A stretch of DNA of 64,000 nucleotides from Actinomycetota bacterium (GTDB taxonomy: Bacteria; Actinomycetota; Actinomycetes; S36-B12), in assembly GCA_046046455.1 (NCBI GenBank), contig JBJOJS010000095.1:1995-65994 (forward strand), given 5' to 3'. This document shows positions 45,545 through 53,217 of this stretch, piece by piece (the first letter of the stretch is position 1; the number at the start of each line of letters is the position of its first letter). Under the pieces are notes generated by a model. It worked only from the letters and a program-made list of their open reading frames with translations, was not told where the DNA came from and did no database searches. The translations under genes and the position numbers were made by a program.

Positions 45545-45946
45545 ATGAGGAGACCCCTCGCCTTCGCGATCGCCGTAGGAGCAGTGGCGCTCGTGCTGAC
45601 GGCGTGCGGAAGCAACGGAGGATCCGACCCCAGCCCCGAGCCCACACTCGACGGGGGTGAGGCCGTGTGCGACGAGCCGACGATCCGCGCCGCCGTCGAA
45701 GCCGACTTCGCCGCCAACTACCCCGGCTCCACCTTCATTGCGCTCGAGGACTTCACCTGCGAGGGCGGCTGGGCGATGGCAAACGCCGAGTTCGAGGCCT
45801 CGGGCTCGACCTTCCCCACCGTGGTCTTCCTGCGCGCCGAGGGCCAGTTCTGGGTGCCCACGACGATCGAGGAGATCTGCGCGACACCGCAGGCCGAGGC
45901 CGGAGTCCCCGCCGACATGTACGTCGCTGCGTGCGGCGTTCAGTAG
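45545..45946 (+). CDS. Small lipoprotein of unknown function
   Basis: 133 aa. Lipobox VLTAC and 4 further Cys. Confidence 0.5.
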   Translation: MRRPLAFAIAVGAVALVLTACGSNGGSDPSPEPTLDGGEAVCDEPTIRAAVEADFAANYPGSTFIALEDFTCEGGWAMANAEFEASGSTFPTVVFLRAEGQFWVPTTIEEICATPQAEAGVPADMYVAACGVQ

Positions 45947-46620
45947 CCGCTCACGATCCGGGCGCCAGCCGCCCGCATCTCATCCCACGCTGCCGTTGTC
46001 GACTCCGGACTCACTCCTGCGCAGAGCGACGACAGCACCCGCACGGGGTACCCCAGATTGCGAGCATCGAGCACTGTCGCCTTGATGCAATAGTCGGTCG
46101 CGATGCCCACGACGTCGAGAGCATCGATTCGGCTGGCTCTCAGCAGGTCCACGAGACTGCGCCCGTCTCGAGCGGTTCCCTCGAATCCGCTGTACGCCGC
46201 CTTGTATTGGCCCTTCGAGATGACGGCATCCATCACGCGCGCGAAGTCCACATGCCTGTCGAGTCCGGGATGGAATCGAGCACCCGGGGTGCCCTTGACG
46301 CAGTGCACCGGCCATGAATCGACGTAGTCGGGAGTCTCGGAGAAATGGTTACCGGGGTCGATGTGCCAGTCTCGCGTCGCCACGATGAGGGGGTACCGTG
46401 CCCGGCTTCGGGCGAGGAGCGCCGAAACACCGCGCGCCACGGCTGCGCCACCCGCGACCCCGAGCGAACCGCCCTCGCAGAAGTCCACCTGGACATCGAC
46501 GACGATGAGAGCTCGGCGGCGCTCGTGCGCCTGCGCGGTGCCCGCGAGCGCGACCGCACCGAAGGAGCCGACCAACCCCACCAGCAAGCCGCGTCGCGAG
46601 ATCTCGGGACGCGTGACCAC
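45940..46620 (-). CDS. pncA: Nicotinamidase/isochorismatase-family hydrolase with an N-terminal Tat-type signal
   Basis: 226 aa. MVTRPEISRRGLLVGLVGSFGAVALAGTAQA precedes the PncA core ALIVVDVQVDFCEGGSL, RDWH, WPVHCV, IATDYCIKAT. Confidence 0.75.
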   Translation of the reverse strand: MVTRPEISRRGLLVGLVGSFGAVALAGTAQAHERRRALIVVDVQVDFCEGGSLGVAGGAAVARGVSALLARSRARYPLIVATRDWHIDPGNHFSETPDYVDSWPVHCVKGTPGARFHPGLDRHVDFARVMDAVISKGQYKAAYSGFEGTARDGRSLVDLLRASRIDALDVVGIATDYCIKATVLDARNLGYPVRVLSSLCAGVSPESTTAAWDEMRAAGARIVSGY

Positions 46621-46668
46621 GACCCCAGCGTGCCACAGGCGCGACCAGCGTCGAGGGAGTACGGCCGC

Positions 46669-47580
46669 CTATTCCTCGGGTGCGGCGGGACTCGGCGCGC
46701 GCACACGCACTGCCCACGCGACACAGGCCACGACGACGAGCGCCGCCATGATCGTGCCGATCGTGATGGTCTCTCCGAGAAGAAGCGCCGACCACACCAG
46801 CGTGAGCGGCGCCTGCAACTGCTGCACCTGCGCACCGCGTGCGACACCGGCCTGAGCAAGTCCGCGGTACCACGCGAAGAACGCGAAGTAGACGGATACG
46901 ACCCCGAGCATGACCATGCCGATCCACGCGTGCGTCGTCACGGGAGTGATGACCCCGCCGGTGGCGATGATCAGGATCGACACGGGCAGGGTGATGGGCA
47001 GGGCGAAGACCACGACCCAGGAGATGACCTGCCATCCGGGCATCTGGCGCGTGAGCGTGGCTCCCTCGACGTAGCACCAAGAGGATGCCACGACGGCTCC
47101 AGCGATGAGCAGGTCCGCGACGAGGTTCCCGCCTTCAGCACCCCCGCGTAGGAGCGCGAAGACCACGAGCGCCGCCGTGCCGCACGCCGCGGCAACCCAG
47201 AACTGCCGTGCGACGCGCTCGTGCGTGCGCAGGACGGCGATCACGGCGGTCACCAAGGGCATCACCGCGGCGATGACAGCGGCATGTGCCGCGGTCGTGC
47301 GCTCGAGTGCCAGTGCGATGAGAATCGGCCACCCGAAGATGGCTCCCGCCATGGTGTAGATGAGCGGCTTGATCTGATCGCGCCTGGGCCAGGGCACACG
47401 ACGCACCGCGAGGACGACGAACGCGAGCGCGCCCGCGATGACCGCGCGACCCGTGGCGGTGAACACGGGAGTGAAGCTCTCCAGGGCCCACACGGTCCAG
47501 GGAAGCGAGAAGGAGAAGCCCACCACGGCGAGCAGGGCAATGGCCAGCCCCTGGCGCTCTCGGGTCGATGCGGACATCAC
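46669..47580 (-). CDS. EamA/DMT-family transporter
   Basis: 303 aa, 10 TM, with two EamA-like halves. Confidence 0.8.
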   Translation of the reverse strand: MMSASTRERQGLAIALLAVVGFSFSLPWTVWALESFTPVFTATGRAVIAGALAFVVLAVRRVPWPRRDQIKPLIYTMAGAIFGWPILIALALERTTAAHAAVIAAVMPLVTAVIAVLRTHERVARQFWVAAACGTAALVVFALLRGGAEGGNLVADLLIAGAVVASSWCYVEGATLTRQMPGWQVISWVVVFALPITLPVSILIIATGGVITPVTTHAWIGMVMLGVVSVYFAFFAWYRGLAQAGVARGAQVQQLQAPLTLVWSALLLGETITIGTIMAALVVVACVAWAVRVRAPSPAAPEE

Positions 47581-47654
47581 CGCTGGACCCTACTGACAGA
47601 ACCCGGGGACCCCGGTGCGGTGAGCGGCCGTCGGGTGGTAGCGTCCCTCCTCGC

Positions 47655-47727
<73 letters not shown>

Positions 47728-47758
47728 CTTTCCTTTTCCGGCCGCGGCACGGGCACGG

Positions 47759-49186
47759 TCAGTTCGTGAACTTCGGGTCGCGCCAGCCGCCGTGATTGCG
47801 CACGAACTTGTCCGCCTCATGCGGACCCCACGTTCCTGGCGCGTACGGCAGCACGGGCGGCGGATCGCTCAGCAGTGGCTCGACGACTTCCCATGTGGCC
47901 TCGACCGAGTCCCAGCGAGGAAACAGCGTGTGATCGCCCACCATCGCGTCATGTAGGAGGCGCTCGTAGGGACTGGGGAATACCCCGAGCGTGTCGCCGA
48001 AGTCGAGTGAGAGGAACTCAGGCTCGACCGCGTCCACGCCGGGGGTCTTGACGCGAACGCCGATGTCGATGCCCGACGGCTGGCCGATCCGCAGGACGAC
48101 ATCGTCGTGGCCGACGACACGCTGCATGTGATCGCCGAGCCGGAAGGCCGGAGCCTTCTTGAAGCGCACGACCACCTCGGTCGCTGTCGTGGGCATCTTC
48201 TTGCCCGCGCGGATGACGATCGGCACTCCGGCCCAGCGCCAGGTGTCGCAATGCAGTCGTACGGCCACGTAGGTCTCGGTGTCCGAGTCGCCGGCCACGC
48301 CCGGGATGGACCGGTACCCGTCGTACTGACCGCGCACGACATCGGCATCATCGAGCGGGCGCAGGGCTCGGAAGATGTCGAGGCGACGATCCCCGATCGG
48401 GTCATCGCTGGCACCCGGAGGTTCCATGAGCACTAGGGCGAGGACCTGCAGCAGGTGGTTCTGCACGACGTCGCGGAGGGTGCCGACCTTGTCGTAGAAG
48501 GAACCGCGATCCTCGACGCCGAAGCTCTCCGCCATCGTGATCTGGATCGACTCGACGTACTCACGGCGCCACAGCGGCTCGAGCCATGCGTTGGAGAAGC
48601 GGACGTAGACGATGTCCTGGACGGGCTCCTTGCCCAGGTAGTGGTCGATGCGCAGGATCTGGTCCTCGCGCAGGACCGCGTGCAGTCGATCGTTGAGTTC
48701 GCGCGCGGTCTCGAGGCTCGTACCGAAGGGCTTCTCCACCGCGACACGGCAGCCCGATGTGAGATCGGCAGCCCCGAGCTGCTCGACGACCGGGCCGAAG
48801 AGGCTCGGCGGGATCTCAAGGTAGAAGAGCGGGTTGTTCACGCCCTTCAGCCGGGCCGCGAGGCGCGTATACAGACCCGCATCGGTGAAGTCACCGCCGA
48901 GATAGGTCATGCGGCCGACGAGACGCGCGAGGACGGTGTCGTCGACCTGCTCGCCAGACTTCTCCAGCACCGTGTGCACGGACTCTCTCGTCATCGCCCA
49001 GAGGTCCTCGTCGCCCATGTCATTGGCAGCGACGCCGATCACCGGGACGGAGAGCAGCCCGCGCTTCTCCAGGTGATAGAGCGAGGGGAGCGTCATCTTG
49101 TGTGCCAAATCACCTGTGATGCCGAAGATCACGAGGGCATCCGAGTGCACGGTGCCTGCCGAAGCAGCGCTTGCCGAACGAGACAT
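47759..49186 (-). CDS. zwf: Glucose-6-phosphate dehydrogenase
   Basis: 475 aa after trimming to the ATG at 49186. FGITGDLAHKM and RIDHYLGKE motifs. Confidence 0.9.
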   Translation of the reverse strand: MSRSASAASAGTVHSDALVIFGITGDLAHKMTLPSLYHLEKRGLLSVPVIGVAANDMGDEDLWAMTRESVHTVLEKSGEQVDDTVLARLVGRMTYLGGDFTDAGLYTRLAARLKGVNNPLFYLEIPPSLFGPVVEQLGAADLTSGCRVAVEKPFGTSLETARELNDRLHAVLREDQILRIDHYLGKEPVQDIVYVRFSNAWLEPLWRREYVESIQITMAESFGVEDRGSFYDKVGTLRDVVQNHLLQVLALVLMEPPGASDDPIGDRRLDIFRALRPLDDADVVRGQYDGYRSIPGVAGDSDTETYVAVRLHCDTWRWAGVPIVIRAGKKMPTTATEVVVRFKKAPAFRLGDHMQRVVGHDDVVLRIGQPSGIDIGVRVKTPGVDAVEPEFLSLDFGDTLGVFPSPYERLLHDAMVGDHTLFPRWDSVEATWEVVEPLLSDPPPVLPYAPGTWGPHEADKFVRNHGGWRDPKFTN

Positions 49187-49193
49187 GACTCCC

Positions 49194-49553
49194 CTAGAGG
49201 TAGAGGCCGGTGTGATCGTCCGCGTGGCGTGACGACGCAACGGCGTGCACATCGCGCTCGCGCAGCAGGACGTACTCCAGGCCGTGGAGCTCCACGGATC
49301 CACGATCCTCGGGCTCGAAGAGCACGCGATCGCCGATCTCGATGGTCCGCACGGTAGGGCCGATCGCCACGACACGCGCCCACGACAGTTTCCGACCCAC
49401 CTGAGCGGTCGCCGGGATCACGATGCCGCCCGTGGACCGACGTTCCCCCTCATCAGCTCCCGGGCGCACCAAGACGCGGTCGTGGAGCAAGCGAATCGGG
49501 ACCGAACCATCGGGTCGTGGCGTGGTGTCGGGGGCGTCGAGCGTGCTCGTCAT
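49194..49553 (-). CDS. GroES/Cpn10-family co-chaperonin paralog
   Basis: 119 aa. IRLLHDRVLVRP..STGGIVIPATA..VVAIGP..IGDRVLF..EYVLLRERDVHAV is collinear with GroES. Confidence 0.65.
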   Translation of the reverse strand: MTSTLDAPDTTPRPDGSVPIRLLHDRVLVRPGADEGERRSTGGIVIPATAQVGRKLSWARVVAIGPTVRTIEIGDRVLFEPEDRGSVELHGLEYVLLRERDVHAVASSRHADDHTGLYL

Positions 49554-49569
49554 GCGAGTGAGGAGCCCA

Positions 49570-49848
49570 TCAGTGGCAGTGGCAGCGACGGCTGCGACGC
49601 CAGCGGCGGAAGACCACGAGGGTGACGACTGCACCGGCCGCGATGGCGACGCGCTCCGGACGGATCCCTCCGTACTCGTCGGTGAAGACGCCCTTCACCT
49701 TGGCGACACCGCGGTGCACGAGTGCCTGAGGAGTGGTTTCGGCCTTGAGCTGCTCAATGGTCGCGGCGAGGTTGCTGCGCGCCGCGGCGATCTCGGCCTC
49801 GAGTTGAGCAGCCGAGGGCGCGGAGCCCTGCTCCGGAGACTGGGTCAC
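49570..49848 (-). CDS. DUF3618-like small protein with a C-terminal TM
   Basis: 92 aa. QLEAEIAAARSNLAATIEQLK helix, then a TM and a basic tail. The family name is from memory. Confidence 0.45.
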   Translation of the reverse strand: MTQSPEQGSAPSAAQLEAEIAAARSNLAATIEQLKAETTPQALVHRGVAKVKGVFTDEYGGIRPERVAIAAGAVVTLVVFRRWRRSRRCHCH

Positions 49849-49891
49849 GGCGGGAGCCTACGCCGTGGCGGGAGGAACCACCGGGGGTGTG

Positions 49892-49918
49892 TCTAATTGC
49901 AAAGATTTTGCATTTAGA
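49892..49918. promoter_or_regulatory. AT-rich 12-3-12 palindrome, candidate Zur/Fur-family operator
   Basis: TCTAATTGCAAA-GAT-TTTGCATTTAGA (1 mismatch), 26 nt upstream of the metal ABC operon. The inner TGCAAAgaTTTTGCA resembles actinobacterial Zur boxes. Confidence 0.45.
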
Positions 49919-49943
49919 CCGGTCACGCCCCTAGGGTCGTCCC

Positions 49944-50975
49944 ATGCGCCCCGCCCGTCGCCGTCTGATGACCTGCCTGGCCCTCACTGCAGCAGCAGCC
50001 CTGACCCTCAGCGCCTGCGGCGGCGGGGACTCCGCCACGCCATCGAACGCCGAGGGAGAGCCGGTCTCGGGGCTGGTGGTCGCCACCACGGTCTCCCCCC
50101 TGACCTCGATCGTGTCAGCGGTGGCGGGCGACAACGTCACGATCGAAGGCATCGTGCCGGAGGGCACCAACTCGCACACCTTCGAGCCGGAGCCGCAGGC
50201 AGCCGAACTCCTCAACAAGGCGGACCTCATCTTCATCAATGGCCTCAAGCTCGAGGATCCGACGCTCGCGCTTGCCGAGGCCAACAAGAAGGAGGGGGCG
50301 GAAATCGTCGAGCTCGGCACCCTCGTGCTGCCCGAGTCCGATTACATCTTCGACTTCTCCTTCCCCGAAGAGGAGGGCAAGCCCAATCCGCACCTGTGGA
50401 CCGATCCGGGCTACGCCGTCGCCTACGCCGATCTCGTGCGCCAGAAGCTGAGCGAGCGCGATCCCGCGAACGAGGCTGAGTACCAGGCAAACTTCGATGC
50501 GTTCAAGGCCGAGGCGGACAAGCTCGCCGAGGCCGTCCGCGCCGACCAGGCTTCCGTGCCCGAGGGTCAGCTCAAGCTCGTCACGTACCACGACGCCTAC
50601 GCCTACTTCGCGAAGAACTTCGGCTGGGAGGTGGTGGGAGCGATCCAGCCCAGCAGCTTCGACGACCCGACCCCTTCGGAGGTCGCCGATCTCATCGAGC
50701 AGGTTCGCGCCGCCGGGGTGCCGACGATCTTCGGCTCGGAAGTCTTCCCCTCCGCCGTACTCGAGGCCATCGCCGCCGAGACCGGCGTCCGCTACGAGGA
50801 CTCCCTCCGCGATGACGATCTTCCCGGCATGCCCGGGGAACCCCAGCACTCACTGCTCGAGCTGCTGCGGTACAACTACCGCACCATGATCTCCGGACTC
50901 GGTGGCCAGCCCACGCAGCTCGACGCACTCGTCTTCGAGCGGACCGTCCCCGACACGGCGTACTACCCGCAGTGA
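49944..50975 (+). CDS. Metal (Zn/Mn) ABC transporter substrate-binding lipoprotein, ZnuA/TroA family
   Basis: 343 aa. Lipobox LSAC. Motifs NSHTFEP, NPHLWTDP, TYHDAYAYF (His at the third ligand position suggests Zn). Confidence 0.85.
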   Translation: MRPARRRLMTCLALTAAAALTLSACGGGDSATPSNAEGEPVSGLVVATTVSPLTSIVSAVAGDNVTIEGIVPEGTNSHTFEPEPQAAELLNKADLIFINGLKLEDPTLALAEANKKEGAEIVELGTLVLPESDYIFDFSFPEEEGKPNPHLWTDPGYAVAYADLVRQKLSERDPANEAEYQANFDAFKAEADKLAEAVRADQASVPEGQLKLVTYHDAYAYFAKNFGWEVVGAIQPSSFDDPTPSEVADLIEQVRAAGVPTIFGSEVFPSAVLEAIAAETGVRYEDSLRDDDLPGMPGEPQHSLLELLRYNYRTMISGLGGQPTQLDALVFERTVPDTAYYPQ

Positions 50976-51736
50976 CGTCGACCGGGCTGATCGACCTCGC
51001 CGCCGTCTCCGCAGGCTACGGGCGGACGACAGTCCTGCATGATGTGTCGCTTCGTATCGATGCCACGGCATTTTCGGGCATCGTCGGTCCATCCGGTGCG
51101 GGCAAGACCACGCTCCTGCGAGTGCTGCTCGGACTCATCAAGCCCAGCAGCGGCACGCGCACCACGGCCCCGGGTTTGCGTGTCGCCTACGTGCCGCAGC
51201 TCGAGACGGTCGACTGGAAGTTCCCCGTCACTGTCTTCGAGTGCGTGCTCATGGCGCGGACCGAGCACCGGGTCTGGCCCTGGCCCTCGGCCCAGGAGCG
51301 CACTGCCGTAGCCGCTGTCCTCGAGCGCCTCGGCATCGGGGACCTCGCCGACCGCCACATCCGTGAACTCTCAGGTGGTCAGCAGCAGAGGATGTTCCTG
51401 GCGCGTGCACTCCTACGCGAACCACAGGTGCTGCTCCTCGATGAGCCGACGAGCGGGGTCGACATCAATACCCGGCATGACGTGCTCCACCTGCTCGGCG
51501 ACCTTCACGCCGACGGCATGGCCATCGTGCTCACGACCCATGACCTGAACGGCATGGCAGCTCACCTTCCCCATCTCATCTGCGTCAACGGCCACATCGT
51601 CGCGTCGGGGACTCCCCGCGAGGTGATCGTGCCGCACGTGCTCGAGGAGACCTTCGGCGCGCAACTCGAGGTCCTCGAGCATCTGGGCATGCCCATCGTC
51701 GTCGACGGCGCCTACTCGACCCGAGAGGCACGGTGA
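50972..51736 (+). CDS. Metal ABC transporter ATP-binding protein
   Basis: 254 aa. [28 protein letters not shown] overlap with the SBP gene. Confidence 0.85.
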   Translation: MTSTGLIDLAAVSAGYGRTTVLHDVSLRIDATAFSGIVGPSGAGKTTLLRVLLGLIKPSSGTRTTAPGLRVAYVPQLETVDWKFPVTVFECVLMARTEHRVWPWPSAQERTAVAAVLERLGIGDLADRHIRELSGGQQQRMFLARALLREPQVLLLDEPTSGVDINTRHDVLHLLGDLHADGMAIVLTTHDLNGMAAHLPHLICVNGHIVASGTPREVIVPHVLEETFGAQLEVLEHLGMPIVVDGAYSTREAR

Positions 51737-51737
51737 G

Positions 51738-52610
51738 ATGGAGACCCTCATCGAGCCGCTGAGCTTCGCGTTCTTCCAAAAGGGCCTCATCGTCGCAACC
51801 CTGTCCGGTGCGCTGCTCGGCTTCATCGGCGTCTACATCGTCCTGCGCGGCATGAGCTACATCGGCCACGGCCTCTCGCACGCCATCTTCGGCGGGTACG
51901 CCGCCATGCAGCTCTTCGCCGTGCAGTTCTACGTCCTCGGAGCCGGGCTCTGGGGCATCGCTTCGGCGATCGCGATCACGTCTGTCGCACGCCGCGGCCG
52001 CGTCGGGGCAGACGCGGCCATCGGGGTCATCACCACGGCGTCGTTCGCTCTGGGCGTGGCGCTCTTCAGCAAGTTCGGCTCGGCGGGCCCGGCCTTCGAC
52101 CAGGCGCTCTTCGGCAGCATCCTGGGCATCACCAACAGCCAGATCATCTGGCTGGTTGTCGTGATGGCCATCGCGGGCGCCTTCGTGCTCCTGCGCTATC
52201 GCGAGCTCCTCTTCACCACATTCGATCCGGAGGTCGCCCAGGCGTCCGGGATCCGCGTCGCCCGCGTAGAGGCCATGCTCATGATCGTGCTGTCCCTGTC
52301 GATCCTGGTCACCCTCACCGTCATCGGTGTCACGCTGGTCGCGGCCATGCTCGTCATCCCCGCGGTGATCGCGCGCATGCTGACCGACTCCTTCGCCAAG
52401 ATGCTGGCGATCTCGACCGTCGTCGGCCTCGTGTGCGGTCTCGTGGGCATGTACCTGAGCTACTACGCGGGCGTGCCCTCGGGCACGATGATCGTCCTCG
52501 TCGGCGCGGTGGCCTTCCTCATCGTCTTCGGCGTCACCGGCATCCGGGGCCGCGAGCGTGCCGCCGGGGTCGACGATCACGCAGGGCCACGCGCCACAAT
52601 CTCCGCATGA
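51738..52610 (+). CDS. Metal ABC transporter permease (ZnuB/MntB-like)
   Basis: 290 aa, 8-9 TM, ABC-3 family layout. Confidence 0.85.
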   Translation: METLIEPLSFAFFQKGLIVATLSGALLGFIGVYIVLRGMSYIGHGLSHAIFGGYAAMQLFAVQFYVLGAGLWGIASAIAITSVARRGRVGADAAIGVITTASFALGVALFSKFGSAGPAFDQALFGSILGITNSQIIWLVVVMAIAGAFVLLRYRELLFTTFDPEVAQASGIRVARVEAMLMIVLSLSILVTLTVIGVTLVAAMLVIPAVIARMLTDSFAKMLAISTVVGLVCGLVGMYLSYYAGVPSGTMIVLVGAVAFLIVFGVTGIRGRERAAGVDDHAGPRATISA

Positions 52611-53074
52611 CGCGACTCGAGCCGGGCGACCTCGCCCCCGCCTTCACCCTCCTCGACGACCACGGCGACCGGGTCGCTCTGCGGTCCTACAAGGGCACCC
52701 CGGTGATCCTGTACGCCTACCCCGCGGCGATGACGCCCGGCTGCACGACCCAGGCCTGCGACTTCCGCGACTCGCTCGCCTCCCTGACGAAGGCGGGATA
52801 CGCCGTCCTCGGCATCTCCCCCGATCCCGTCGACACGCTCGCCGAGTTCCGCGAGCTCGATCACCTCACCTTCCCGCTCCTGTCGGATCCCGATCACAAG
52901 GTCCTGGTGAAGTACGGCGCGTACGGGGAGAAGAAGCTCTACGGCAAGACCGTCGTGGGAGTGATCCGCTCGACCTTCGTCATCGATGCCCAGCAGCGCA
53001 TCGAGCGCGCGATGTACGCCGTGAAGGCGACCGGTCACGTGGCCAAGCTGCGCCGCGACCTCGGCCTGGACTAG
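52607..53074 (+). CDS. bcp: Thiol peroxidase Bcp (peroxiredoxin Q)
   Basis: 155 aa from the ATG at 52607 (ATGA overlap with the permease stop). YPAAMTPGCTTQAC active site. Confidence 0.85.
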   Translation: MTRLEPGDLAPAFTLLDDHGDRVALRSYKGTPVILYAYPAAMTPGCTTQACDFRDSLASLTKAGYAVLGISPDPVDTLAEFRELDHLTFPLLSDPDHKVLVKYGAYGEKKLYGKTVVGVIRSTFVIDAQQRIERAMYAVKATGHVAKLRRDLGLD

Positions 53075-53090
53075 GCGATCACATGCTCGG

Positions 53091-53172
53091 TGCGGAAGGC
53101 GGGACTCGAACCCGCAAGCCCGGAGGCACTGCGTCCTAAGCGCAGCGTGTCTGCCAATTCCACCACTTCCGC
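53091..53172 (-). tRNA. tRNA-Leu (anticodon TAG)
   Basis: 82 nt, class II. Acceptor GCGGAAG/CTTCCGC, anticodon loop CTTAGGA, long variable arm, T-loop GGTTCGAGTCC. Confidence 0.85.
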
Positions 53173-53217
53173 GTGGGGATGAACTCTACGGCTTCGCCTC
53201 TACCGCCTCACGATGGT

